64,000 nucleotides of DNA from Candidatus Bathyarchaeota archaeon. GTDB lineage: Archaea; Thermoproteota; Bathyarchaeia; Bathyarchaeales; Bathycorpusculaceae. Under the pieces are notes generated by a model. It did no database searches, was not told the origin of the DNA, and was given only the letters and a program-made list of their open reading frames with translations. The DNA lies in NCBI GenBank assembly GCA_963772455.1, contig CAVYXJ010000007.1, positions 96,001 through 160,000 on the forward strand, in the 5' to 3' direction. The first letter of the stretch is position 1. Each line of letters begins with the position of its first letter. The position numbers were made by a program, and so were the translations under genes. Below are positions 19,629 through 29,209 of the stretch, one piece after another.

Positions 19629-19704
19629 AACTAAGCATCGTTTGTTTTTATAATATAATTTCCAAGTTATCAAAAACTATAGTATAAAAAAGTTTTTGTT
19701 AAAA

Positions 19705-20811
19705 TTATATTCTCCAACCTGGAGCAACTTTCTTACCTAAAATCAACACTTGAATGTGCCCAATTACGATTATTAGCATCCAAATAGAGGAGTAAAAGAA
19801 GTAATAAACAAAGAGTTCATGAATTTTTATTTTAAAGCCCAGTTTTCTTGAGAAACCATAGAAAACAGCCGCAGTTAAAGCGAACCCAGACATTGAAATC
19901 AGCAAAATCTTTAGCACATCTGCAGTTGCCAAGGATAAGAGGAAAATTGGCAATGCAATATTAAATTTTATCGACAAAAACAGGGAAAAAACTAACAGTG
20001 AATTGTACATCCATACGCTTGGAATAACTGTGCTTAAAAGAAATACGGCGATGGAGGGGTATAAGAAGAATAAACTGGGCAAGACAATTTGAGGTTTTTT
20101 AATAAACTTCTTGGCTAAAGGTTTATACCAGTCTTTAAGCCAAAGTGCCTGACCGATTGCCCATCGTCTTCGTTGCGTAAACCACTTTTTCCAATTTGAG
20201 TGAACTTCGTTTTCAACTTCTACTTCATGCGAGTAAGCAAAGCTGCAGTCTTCCAAAAAAGCTCTTGTAGCAATATCGATATCCTCTGCAACTACTTTTC
20301 TGAAGCCATGGACTTTTTCGAAGATATCTCGCTTTATAGCAAAAGCTGCGCCGTTGACTGCTGGGCATTTATGCATGTATTTGGATGCGAGCCAAGAACT
20401 GATGTTGAATGTTAAATATTCATAATATGCCATTTTTGAGAGAAAAGATTTGGCTTTGGTTACTTTCTTTTTTATGTCCAATATGTCAGCCTGCTGCATT
20501 TCCATAACGATTTTTCGCAGGTAATCAGGGTCAGCTGGTATTCCAACATCAGAGTCGAGGAAAAGCAGCACTTTGCCAGTTGACAATTTGACTGTACTAT
20601 TTAGGGCGTTGGCTTTTCCAAGACGTTCTTTGTTAACAATAAATTGAATGTTTTCATCTTCAAGACTCTTAATTTTTTCGCAGAAAGCCTCAGTGGGTTG
20701 GTCAATTGTAACAAAAATTTCTTTCGAAACATTCTGCGACCCAAGTTTGTTTAGCATGCCTGCTAATTGATCGGATTCCTTGTAAACGGGAATAAATATG
20801 CTGACGTCCAC
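19705..20811 (-). CDS. Membrane GT2 glycosyltransferase (processive-type)
   Basis: GKANALN, DSD (DxD), AED, QRRRW motif, C-terminal TM helices. Confidence 0.92.
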   Translation of the reverse strand: MDVSIFIPVYKESDQLAGMLNKLGSQNVSKEIFVTIDQPTEAFCEKIKSLEDENIQFIVNKERLGKANALNSTVKLSTGKVLLFLDSDVGIPADPDYLRKIVMEMQQADILDIKKKVTKAKSFLSKMAYYEYLTFNISSWLASKYMHKCPAVNGAAFAIKRDIFEKVHGFRKVVAEDIDIATRAFLEDCSFAYSHEVEVENEVHSNWKKWFTQRRRWAIGQALWLKDWYKPLAKKFIKKPQIVLPSLFFLYPSIAVFLLSTVIPSVWMYNSLLVFSLFLSIKFNIALPIFLLSLATADVLKILLISMSGFALTAAVFYGFSRKLGFKIKIHELFVYYFFYSSIWMLIIVIGHIQVLILGKKVAPGWRI

Positions 20812-20919
20812 AATTAATCCTCAGTCATTATCCACAAACAGGATGGACTATTCACAGAATCCTTTTTAAATTATTCTACAAAATGGGTTGTATACTTCTG
20901 TTTAGTATGGACAAAGAAG

Positions 20920-21792
20920 CTAGATCTTTGCGGTAACCAACACTACACCCAACACTGTTAGAACGATACTTATCACAAGTTTTTTGGACACATGCTCAAT
21001 TTTTCGCAAGTAAAAATAAGCAAATATCGCTACAAAAACAGGCTCAATCGAGAGCAGAGGCGTAATTACTGAAACGCCCTCGAAGCTCAAAGCGTAGAAA
21101 CTTAGCATCCAAGTGATCGCTTGCCCTACTCCTGCTACCCAAAACAAGCGCATATCTCTTTTCAAGGACAGCTCTTTGCGAGCTGAGGTTGAAGTCGATA
21201 ACACAATTAGAAACGGCAAAAGAGAAGCAGTATATGCAACAGCGACTCCAAAAACAGGCGCATCAAATTGAATTAAAGCAGACTTGCGCAATATACTCCC
21301 AGCGGCCAAAGCCAAACCACCAAGCACTGGATAAATCAAATCTTTTTTTGAATGTATGTTCAGATTGCCAACTTCTCGAGAACTCCATTCTACAAGAATT
21401 CCACCTAAGAAAACCAGGAAGATACCTGCCCAATTACTTGGCGCTAAAAACTCGCTAAGAAACAAAACCGCTAAGAACGATGTGTAGAGGGGATACACCG
21501 CGAATAAAGATGAATTGACTGGAGCACCTAACTTTTTCATGCCCTGATAATACAGGAGCCTAACGAATCCAGGCGTTAAAACTCCGCTTAATGCAAAAAT
21601 AAGAATACTACCAACATTAGCTAACGAAAAATTAGTTAATACCACTGCTAGCGGCCAGAGAACCAACATACCTACCCAACTAACCGCTAAACTAATGTTA
21701 AGGGCACTTGATTGATTGGAGAATTTCCTAACTATAACCACCGATAAAGCAGATGTTGCAGCAGAAATTATGGCTAAGACTACACCAATCAT
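20920..21792 (-). CDS. EamA/DMT family transporter
   Basis: Two 5-TM EamA repeats. Confidence 0.9.
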   Translation of the reverse strand: MIGVVLAIISAATSALSVVIVRKFSNQSSALNISLAVSWVGMLVLWPLAVVLTNFSLANVGSILIFALSGVLTPGFVRLLYYQGMKKLGAPVNSSLFAVYPLYTSFLAVLFLSEFLAPSNWAGIFLVFLGGILVEWSSREVGNLNIHSKKDLIYPVLGGLALAAGSILRKSALIQFDAPVFGVAVAYTASLLPFLIVLSTSTSARKELSLKRDMRLFWVAGVGQAITWMLSFYALSFEGVSVITPLLSIEPVFVAIFAYFYLRKIEHVSKKLVISIVLTVLGVVLVTAKI

Positions 21793-21898
21793 GCATTTTC
21801 ATGTTGAAGAAGCAATAATAAAGATTATTTCTCTAAACGTTTTTTTAACGTTTATAATAGGTAAATTATTATTTGCGACAAAAGAATATGTCAGCGTT

Positions 21899-22900
21899 AT
21901 GACTCGAGTTAAAGCCATAAGTTTACTTTCGGGCGGCTTAGACAGCATACTTGCCACAGAATTAATTCGTCGACAAGGCATCGAAGTAATAACTTTCAAT
22001 ATTAAAACGCCTTTTGGAATCCCCAAAAAAGATGGGTCAAGTGAAGCTGCTCAAGCTGCAGAACAACTTAAGGTACCACTAAAAGTCCTCTGTGTAGAAC
22101 AGGATTACCTGAGAATGCTTCGTAATCCCAAGCATGGTTACGGTAAAAACCTAAACCCATGCGTCGACTGTAAAATCTTTATACTAAAAAAAGCCAAAAA
22201 ATACGCGAAAGAAATCGGTGCAGACTTCATTTTTACCGGTGAAGTTTTGGGTGAACGTCCAATGTCTCAACATGGTCCTGCATTAAAGGTTATAGCTGAA
22301 GAATCAGGGTTGAAAGGAAAACTTTTACGACCTTTGTCAGCGAAGTTGCTAGCTGAAACTGCTGCTGAAAAAAAAGGTTTAGTTGATCGAACCAAGCTAC
22401 TAAGTATTCAAGGCAGATCCAGAAAACCCCAGTTTGCGCTTGCTCAAGAATATGGAATTAAAGTTTATCCTTCTCCTGCTGGTGGATGTCTATTAACCTG
22501 TGAAGAATATTGTAAGAAGTTGCGAGACCTGTTCGAAAACAAAAAACACATCTCTATGGTCGATGTGGCTTTGTTAAGGGTTGGAAGGCATTTTAGGTTT
22601 GGCAAAAACAAGATAATTGTCGGCAGAAATGAAATAGAAAACAAGTTTTTAACTGACAATAAAATAACAAGTGATTTCGTTTTTGAAACAATCGACGTTG
22701 TTGGACCAACAACTATTTTGCAAGGACCCAAGACAATGGCAGCGATTGAAACTGCCGCTAAATTAACTGCTTCGTATTCGGATGCTAAATCTGAAGTAGT
22801 AAATGTGAAGTTTGGAAAAAAAGGCCTTAATAAAAAAATAACTATTTCATTATTAAAGAAGGCTGATATGGATAAACTTAGAGTCGGAAACGCAAAGTGA
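21899..22900 (+). CDS. PP-loop tRNA thiolation-type enzyme (ThiI/MnmA-like with DUF814-like tail)
   Basis: SGGLDS PP-loop, CVDC, GEVLGERPMSQ, GGCLLT, GRHFR; ATG at 21899. Confidence 0.85.
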   Translation: MTRVKAISLLSGGLDSILATELIRRQGIEVITFNIKTPFGIPKKDGSSEAAQAAEQLKVPLKVLCVEQDYLRMLRNPKHGYGKNLNPCVDCKIFILKKAKKYAKEIGADFIFTGEVLGERPMSQHGPALKVIAEESGLKGKLLRPLSAKLLAETAAEKKGLVDRTKLLSIQGRSRKPQFALAQEYGIKVYPSPAGGCLLTCEEYCKKLRDLFENKKHISMVDVALLRVGRHFRFGKNKIIVGRNEIENKFLTDNKITSDFVFETIDVVGPTTILQGPKTMAAIETAAKLTASYSDAKSEVVNVKFGKKGLNKKITISLLKKADMDKLRVGNAK

Positions 22901-22927
22901 TGATGATTGAACCCTAATTGAACTTCA

Positions 22928-23641
22928 TTAGAGGTCTTTCTTCATAGCTTCTTGCTTAAGCTCTCTGGGCATCAACTCAATAGCATATCGTAGTGCTGTC
23001 CTTGGCATGTTCTTGTGATTCTTGAGTACGTAATCGAATACTTTTTTCTGGTGCTTTCTGCTTTCCTCTTTGAGCAGCCACCCGTATCCTTTCTGAACCA
23101 TGTCATCTTGATCTGTTAGCAAGGTATCGCAGATTTCTAAAGACTCCTCTAGAAACAAACCTTTTTTCGCGGGAACAATAAGTGTCACAGCAGAAGCCCG
23201 CTTTAGCCAACGGTTATCACTTTTTGCCCAGCTCTTAAGTTCATTCACTGTTTCAGGATATTTCTGGATAAGATCTCCTACTGTGTGGTTGCAGAATCCA
23301 TCGCATTTAGCCCAATTGTTAATGTAATGTTCAATCCAGTTTTTGAAAGTTGCCAAATCTTCAGGTTCTAACTGGTCAATGTAGTTTGGCAGCCAAAAAG
23401 AAACTACGAATGCTTCTTCAGTGTAGTCAGATCGTAAAAGTTCTTCACATAACTCAAAAATTGCTTTTTTATCTAATGTTTTTACTCGTGGCCAATATTT
23501 CTTTGCGATTTTTCCGACAATGTCGGTTTTTACTCCATAATATTTTACTTGTTCCTTAAAGAATCGTTGAAAACTCTTCTGTGTTTTGGCGTCTGTGGTG
23601 GCTTTTAGATCAGAACGGATTTGAGTTAGGACATTAGGCAT
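22928..23641 (-). CDS. AlkD-family DNA alkylation repair glycosylase
   Basis: NNWAKCD, NRWLKRAS, MVQKGYGWLLKE, MPRTALRYAIE; ATG at 23641. Confidence 0.92.
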   Translation of the reverse strand: MPNVLTQIRSDLKATTDAKTQKSFQRFFKEQVKYYGVKTDIVGKIAKKYWPRVKTLDKKAIFELCEELLRSDYTEEAFVVSFWLPNYIDQLEPEDLATFKNWIEHYINNWAKCDGFCNHTVGDLIQKYPETVNELKSWAKSDNRWLKRASAVTLIVPAKKGLFLEESLEICDTLLTDQDDMVQKGYGWLLKEESRKHQKKVFDYVLKNHKNMPRTALRYAIELMPRELKQEAMKKDL

Positions 23642-23724
23642 AGCAGAAGAATTGGTGTTTGGATAAATAATAGCTTTTTCTAAAATTAAAACAGAATTTA
23701 ATAAAATAGAGGGAAAAGGGGAAT

Positions 23725-24015
23725 TTAATAGTCTTCCATTTGGTATAGACCCAAATCGATGTTTAACGTTTTTTCGGGTCCGCAACTATCTTCAAGGTCA
23801 TAGAGGTGGCTTGTCACTTTCTCTAAGCGGCTTTTTTTAACTGTCACTTTGGTTTTAACCATCCTGTTAACTTTCATTTTTCCTTTTGATTTTCCTATAA
23901 CACTGGGTGCTCCAAGGACTAGCGTGTTGTCGATGATTTTTGGTGTGACTTCAACTTTGATTTCTTCAATCGATAGATGAAGCTTCAGAGCATCTTCGTG
24001 GAGGTGTTTAGTCAA
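23725..24015 (-). CDS. Hypothetical 96-aa protein in the cdrS-downstream position usually held by ftsZ
   Basis: TTG start overlaps the end of the cdrS-like gene (translational coupling); acidic/hydrophobic tail ...LNIDLGLYQMEDY. Confidence 0.65.
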   Translation of the reverse strand: MTKHLHEDALKLHLSIEEIKVEVTPKIIDNTLVLGAPSVIGKSKGKMKVNRMVKTKVTVKKSRLEKVTSHLYDLEDSCGPEKTLNIDLGLYQMEDY

Positions 24016-24163
24016 CGCCCTTTCGCCTCCAAACTTCAGCACTGATCAAGTCTCGAATTGCTACGCGGATGGCTTCGGCACGGTTTGGATAAAACCGCTC
24101 GTCAACCAGCTGGTCCAAAGCTTTTATATAAGTTTCAGGTAAATACAGAGTTATTAGCTTCAT
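24008..24163 (-). CDS. CdrS-like ribbon-helix-helix transcriptional regulator (51 aa, not in the ORF track)
   Basis: Manual translation MKLITLYLPETYIKALDQLVDERFYPNRAEAIRVAIRDLISAEVWRRKGVD*; PNR.EAIR.A.R matches CdrS-type RHH; AGGAG SD. Confidence 0.88.
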   Translation of the reverse strand: MKLITLYLPETYIKALDQLVDERFYPNRAEAIRVAIRDLISAEVWRRKGVD

Positions 24164-24181
24164 TCAGGATACGCTCCTTTG

Positions 24182-24196
24182 TTAGTGAATCACTAA
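24182..24196. promoter_or_regulatory. Perfect inverted repeat, putative operator at the cdrS-like transcription start
   Basis: TTAGTGA-A-TCACTAA about 25 bp downstream (minus strand) of a TATA-like box near 24219-24226. Confidence 0.5.
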
Positions 24197-24368
24197 ACGA
24201 TGTTTCTCTGTTATAGTTCTATATATCATGCTACAAATATGTTTCAAACATGTTCGTGCATCTATATATAAGCCTTTTATCAAGGATGATACAAGCATCT
24301 GTCAATTCAAGCATGAGGGGGATTATGTTTTTATTCCTTGTTAAAGCAACTAACTTGTGGGTATCTCC

Positions 24369-25664
24369 ATGGTTTGGCGTGTTTTCATTAGAAACTTCGG
24401 GTGCTCATCTAATGTAGCAGACGGAGAAATTTTAGCTGGTTGCCTAGTCGAAGCTGGACTCCAATTAGCCGTTTCCGAACTTGAAGCAGACGTTATAATC
24501 TACAATACCTGCGCAGTTAAAGGACCAACCGAAAACCGGATAATTGACGTCTTAAAACATGCACCAAAAGACAAAAAAATCGTGGTCTCTGGTTGCCTAC
24601 CTAAAATAAGTTTTGAACGCTTATTGAGAGAAACCCATTTTGATGGTGTCGTTGGCCCAGCATTTGGCAGAGAAATCGTTGATGTAGTAAAGAGGGTTTT
24701 GGCAGGTGAGAAAGTTTCAACTCTTTCAACTATTACAGAGAGACCACAGTTGAAGTTGCCAACCAAAAAATCCAATCCTATCATAAGTATAGTGCCAGTA
24801 AATTATGGATGTTTGGGCAGTTGTACTTATTGTTGCGTCATTTTGGCTCGCGGACACTTGCGAAGTGCCAGTATTAAAGAGGTAGTTGATCGTGTTCGAT
24901 GTGATTATCAATGTGGTGCCAAAGAGTTTTGGATCACTTCTCAGGATACTGCTTGCTATGGAAGAGATTTATACACTGATCTTGCCGATTTGCTTGTAGC
25001 GTTGGTTAAAGTGGAGGGTGACTTTCACATTCGTGTTGGTATGATGACGCCCAACATGGTAACTGAAATGCAAAGTCGGCTCATCATGGCTTTTGATAAC
25101 CCTAAAGTCTTCAAGTTTCTGCATTTGCCTGTTCAAAGCGGCGACGATACTGTGCTTCAATACATGCGCAGGTTCTACACTGCAGAAGAATTTAAAAGAA
25201 CTGTCAACACTTTTAGAAACGAATTTCCCAAATTAACGTTGGCAACTGATGTTATCGTGGGATTTCCTGGCGAAACAGAAGAAGCTTTCCAGAACACTCT
25301 TAAACTCTTAGAAGAAGTCAAACCTGACATAGTTAATGTTTCCAAATTTTTTGCAAGACCAAAAACCATAGCTGCCAGAATGAAAGATGACTTGGTGGAT
25401 AAGGAAGAAACCAAACGCAGAAGCACCGCCGCGGCAGAGTTGGCTAAGCAGCTTTCAGCCGAACGAAACCTACGTTGGGTTGGTTGGAGCGGCGAAATAC
25501 TCATAGATGAAAAAGGCAAATTGGAAGGCTCATGGGTAGGGCGCAACTTCACTTACAAACCAATAGCCATCCAAAGCACGGAAAACTTGTTAGGTAAAAC
25601 CATTGAAGTCAAGGTAACAGAAGCTTTAACAACCTACCTAAAAGGCGAAATACAGAAAAAATAA
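24369..25664 (+). CDS. tRNA t6A37 methylthiotransferase (archaeal e-MtaB, MiaB-like radical SAM)
   Basis: UPF0004 FGC..N, NTCAVK, SGCLP; CLGSCTYC; HLPVQSG; C-terminal TRAM domain. Confidence 0.92.
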   Translation: MVWRVFIRNFGCSSNVADGEILAGCLVEAGLQLAVSELEADVIIYNTCAVKGPTENRIIDVLKHAPKDKKIVVSGCLPKISFERLLRETHFDGVVGPAFGREIVDVVKRVLAGEKVSTLSTITERPQLKLPTKKSNPIISIVPVNYGCLGSCTYCCVILARGHLRSASIKEVVDRVRCDYQCGAKEFWITSQDTACYGRDLYTDLADLLVALVKVEGDFHIRVGMMTPNMVTEMQSRLIMAFDNPKVFKFLHLPVQSGDDTVLQYMRRFYTAEEFKRTVNTFRNEFPKLTLATDVIVGFPGETEEAFQNTLKLLEEVKPDIVNVSKFFARPKTIAARMKDDLVDKEETKRRSTAAAELAKQLSAERNLRWVGWSGEILIDEKGKLEGSWVGRNFTYKPIAIQSTENLLGKTIEVKVTEALTTYLKGEIQKK

Positions 25665-25760
25665 GTGCTCAGAAAAACTTCTTCACCTTTATAAATGGAT
25701 CAATAAACCCGTAGAGGTAAGGGGCAAAACTCTTATAGATAAAATAACACTGTTATAATC

Positions 25761-25831
25761 AATGAGCAGGAAGCATCGAAAAATTTTCACCTTTGCCCAA
25801 TCGTGAAACCCCCCAATGCTTCCTGCCCATT
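25761..25831. ncRNA. Candidate structured RNA / long hairpin upstream of cysS
   Basis: 16-bp arms AATGAGCAGGAAGCAT/ATGCTTCCTGCCCATT plus inner TTTCAC/GTGAAA; TATA-like CTTATAGA about 25 nt upstream on +. Confidence 0.4.
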
Positions 25832-25984
25832 TTCTAATAAACATTTTTTTAATTATCAGAATTAACAAAAATATATCCGCAACTTATTCACATTTCAGGA
25901 GACTTTTTCAACTAAGAGGCAGGGTTTGATGGCTAATGGAATGCTTAAATAATTTCGTCATTACATTTTCTTCGAGCTGAGAAA

Positions 25985-27409
25985 TTGACATCCATGCAGT
26001 CAAGCATCTATTTTTTCAACACTTTAACACGCAAAAAAGAAGTTTTTAAGCCATTAGAAACGGGTAAAATCAAGATCTATACGTGTGGTCCCACGGTTTA
26101 TGATTTTGCGCATATTGGGAATTTTCGGGCTTTTCTGTTTGAGGATTTAATGAAACGTTGGCTGGTTCAGCGTGGCTTCAAAGTCACTCATGTCATGAAT
26201 CTCACTGATATTGACGATAAAACAATTAAAGGCAGCCAAAAACAGGGTATTCCTCTTAGGCAGTTCACGGATTTTTATGTAAAAGCCTTTTTTGAGGACA
26301 TTAAAACCTTAAACATAGAACCTGCCGATATTTATCCAAAAGCGACCGATCACGTTCCTGAGATGGCTGCTTTAATCAAGACTTTACTGGCTAAAGGCTT
26401 CGCTTATAAAGGCGATGATGGGTCGATCTATTTTTCCGTTTGCAAATTCCCAAATTACGGCAAAATGTCCAAGATTAAAGTTGGCGAATTGAAGACTGGT
26501 GCGAGGGTAAGCCAAGACGAATATGCCAAGGAGGAAGCACAGGACTTCGCACTGTGGAAAGCATGGACACCTGAAGACGGTGATGCATTTTGGGAAACAG
26601 AACTGGGCAAAGGGAGACCAGGATGGCACATAGAATGCTCTGCAATGAGCATGAAATATCTTGGAGAAACCTTTGATATCCACTGTGGAGGCGTCGATAA
26701 CATGTTTCCCCACCACGAAAACGAAACCGCCCAATCTGAAGCGGCAACAGGTAAGAAATTCGTTAATTATTGGATGCACAACGAGCATTTACAGGTTGAG
26801 AGTAAAAAAATGTCTAAAAGCCTTGGCAACTTCTATACGCTCCGCGACCTCTTGGCCAAAGGGTACGACCCGATTGCAATTCGCTATTTGCTAATGTCCA
26901 CGCATTACCGCCAACAGTTCAACTTTACGTTTGAGGGTTTAGAAGCAGCTAAAAGTGCAGTGGATAGGCTTCGGAATTTTGTTCGGCGCTTACATGAAGC
27001 GGAAGGCAAAGAAAGCGGAGGAAAAGTCGCTACTTTCACCGGAAAAGTCGAAGCGTGCTTTGGCGGCTCCATGGATGATGACTTAAACATAGGTATAGCA
27101 CTTGCATCCCTTTTCGACTTTGTTCGTGAAATTAACAACCTATTGGATGCAAATATGGTAAGCAAAGACGAAGCTGCTGAAGTCGGGGGTGTAATGATAA
27201 AATTTGATGCCGTCTTGGGAGTCATTGGGAAAGTGGAAGTTGAAGAAGTGCTGCCCATAGAAATCGATGCATTAGTTCAGAAACGTGAGGATGCCCGCAA
27301 AACCAAGAACTGGAAAGAAGCTGACTCCATCAGGTCACAGCTTAAGGCCATGGGCATAGTGCTTGAGGATACTGCGCAAGGTGTTCGGTGGCACAAAGAG
27401 AAACCTTAA
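25985..27409 (+). CDS. cysS: Cysteine--tRNA ligase
   Basis: CGPTVY..HIGN, PGWHIECSAM, FPHHENE, KMSKS. Confidence 0.98.
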   Translation: MTSMQSSIYFFNTLTRKKEVFKPLETGKIKIYTCGPTVYDFAHIGNFRAFLFEDLMKRWLVQRGFKVTHVMNLTDIDDKTIKGSQKQGIPLRQFTDFYVKAFFEDIKTLNIEPADIYPKATDHVPEMAALIKTLLAKGFAYKGDDGSIYFSVCKFPNYGKMSKIKVGELKTGARVSQDEYAKEEAQDFALWKAWTPEDGDAFWETELGKGRPGWHIECSAMSMKYLGETFDIHCGGVDNMFPHHENETAQSEAATGKKFVNYWMHNEHLQVESKKMSKSLGNFYTLRDLLAKGYDPIAIRYLLMSTHYRQQFNFTFEGLEAAKSAVDRLRNFVRRLHEAEGKESGGKVATFTGKVEACFGGSMDDDLNIGIALASLFDFVREINNLLDANMVSKDEAAEVGGVMIKFDAVLGVIGKVEVEEVLPIEIDALVQKREDARKTKNWKEADSIRSQLKAMGIVLEDTAQGVRWHKEKP

Positions 27410-28188
27410 GTTTTGCCGCTTAAAGTCCATTCTTTGGTTGAGTATTTTTCTTTGTAGAGCTTATTTGCAGTTTCCACTTCATTTGGAGTTAATTCTTCTT
27501 CATATAATTGGATTTTCAGAATTGCCTTAAAACCCTGCATTAATGCGTTAACGACTGTTTCAGACGTAACACGGTTTCCTAACTCATCTTGAATACTGGT
27601 GATTTTGCGTTTGGCGATGTCGGCGGCCTGGGTGCAACTGAAATTTCTTAGTTTTAGGACCTTGAACATTTTTGGCAAAGCGACACTTCGCAAAAGTGTC
27701 CCATGCTGAAGAATCATTCCTCGCGTGATTGTTTGGCTGCTCCCTGAAATTTTTTTTCCATTCACGGTTAGGTTTGGGCAGTTTTTAGCGTCTCCACTGC
27801 TAAAATCTGCTGGAACACCTATAAGACGGAGAGCGTCGGTTATTGCTTCATAAATTTTGAAGTAAACAGTAGTTATGTCGCCTATGCCGAAGTCTGCTGT
27901 TTGAGCAATTACACTATAGGTTACTTCGCCTTCGAAGTCATGGTAGACGGCTCCACCACCGCTTATGCGTCTAACCACCTCAACGCCCAATTGTTTGCAG
28001 GCATCCAGGTAAATCTCGTTTTCTGGGTTCTGGTTCTTGCCAAAGCTCACTGCAGAAGGCTGCCAACGATAAAACCTTAAAGTATTAGGCACCGTTCCAG
28101 AAATTCTTGCGTTCAAGATTGCTTCATCGATTGCCATGTTCATGGCAGCATTATTGATTTTTAAGGGTACTAAACGCCAAGTATCCAT
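27406..28188 (-). CDS. Lipoate-protein ligase A / octanoyltransferase family protein
   Basis: NMAIDE, RRISGGGAVYHD, KKISGSSQ, LQHGT; ATG at 28188. Confidence 0.92.
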   Translation of the reverse strand: MDTWRLVPLKINNAAMNMAIDEAILNARISGTVPNTLRFYRWQPSAVSFGKNQNPENEIYLDACKQLGVEVVRRISGGGAVYHDFEGEVTYSVIAQTADFGIGDITTVYFKIYEAITDALRLIGVPADFSSGDAKNCPNLTVNGKKISGSSQTITRGMILQHGTLLRSVALPKMFKVLKLRNFSCTQAADIAKRKITSIQDELGNRVTSETVVNALMQGFKAILKIQLYEEELTPNEVETANKLYKEKYSTKEWTLSGKT

Positions 28189-28327
28189 AGAGGTTGACCT
28201 TCGAAGAGACAATCAATATAGACTTAAATCGTTTATGCAAATTGAAAATGAAAATGTTTAGCTTAAACTATTAAAGATAAAGCCTTAAAACCTAAACATG
28301 CATCTAAAAGTGCAAGAGGCAAATACA

Positions 28328-29209
28328 ATGAAGATTATCTCTGGTCCAGCATCGAAAGAGCTTGCTGAAGCAGTTTCAGCCCAAACAGGTTTCCAAAATG
28401 TACCTGTTATTTCTAAGATTTTTCCTGACGGTGAATCCTACGTGCGTTTAGACGGGAATGTTCAGGGTGAAGATGTGGCTATCGTTCAGACAACTTGTCC
28501 GCCAATGCAGGATGGCAGGCTATTCCAGTTAGCTTTTTTGGCTGATTCGGCGAGGCGTGCAGGTGCAAAAAAAATCACTGGAATTGTACCATATTTAGCG
28601 TATGCTAGGCAAGACAAAACGTTCTTAGCAGGAGAAGGCATAAGCATCGAAACCATTGCCCGAATGCTTGGAGCTGCTGGAATCGATGAGTTCTTAACAG
28701 TGAATGTCCACTCGGAACCAACACTAGCGCAGTTTCCGTTTCCAGCAAAAAGTTTGAGTGCAATTCCTCTCATAGCAGAATACTTCGTAAAAAAAGGATT
28801 CAAAGGTGCATTCGCGCTTTCACCTGATAAAGGCGCTATGTACATTGCTAAGCAAGCGCAGGAAGTTTTAGGCGGCGATTTGGGGCACCTAAGTAAGACC
28901 CGCGACCGCTATACTGGACAAACCGTGCAGACCGCCGAAGGCTTAAATGTTAAGGGACAAACGGTCATCATCCTCGATGACATCATTAGTACAGGAGGAA
29001 CAATCGTTGGCGCAGCAAAAATCCTTCACGAACAAGGAGCAAAACATGTCTTCTGCGGATGCGTTCACGGCTTACTCATTGGTGACGCGGAAAAACGCAT
29101 TTTGGATGCAGGTGTCGAAGAAATCGTTGGTACCGACAGTGTTCCAGGCAATGTGAGCAAGGTGACGTTGGCACCACTAATAAGTAAAGAACTTAAGGCG
29201 CAGAAATAG
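28328..29209 (+). CDS. prs: Ribose-phosphate pyrophosphokinase (archaeal class III)
   Basis: FPDGE, PYLAYARQDK, SPDKGA, LDDIISTGGT; ATG at 28328. Confidence 0.96.
   Translation: MKIISGPASKELAEAVSAQTGFQNVPVISKIFPDGESYVRLDGNVQGEDVAIVQTTCPPMQDGRLFQLAFLADSARRAGAKKITGIVPYLAYARQDKTFLAGEGISIETIARMLGAAGIDEFLTVNVHSEPTLAQFPFPAKSLSAIPLIAEYFVKKGFKGAFALSPDKGAMYIAKQAQEVLGGDLGHLSKTRDRYTGQTVQTAEGLNVKGQTVIILDDIISTGGTIVGAAKILHEQGAKHVFCGCVHGLLIGDAEKRILDAGVEEIVGTDSVPGNVSKVTLAPLISKELKAQK

Noticed and set aside
21716-21898. N-terminal extension of the PP-loop ORF (similarly 23642-23785 for AlkD)
   Set aside because: Runs through a promoter region or neighbouring gene; family homology starts at the downstream ATG.
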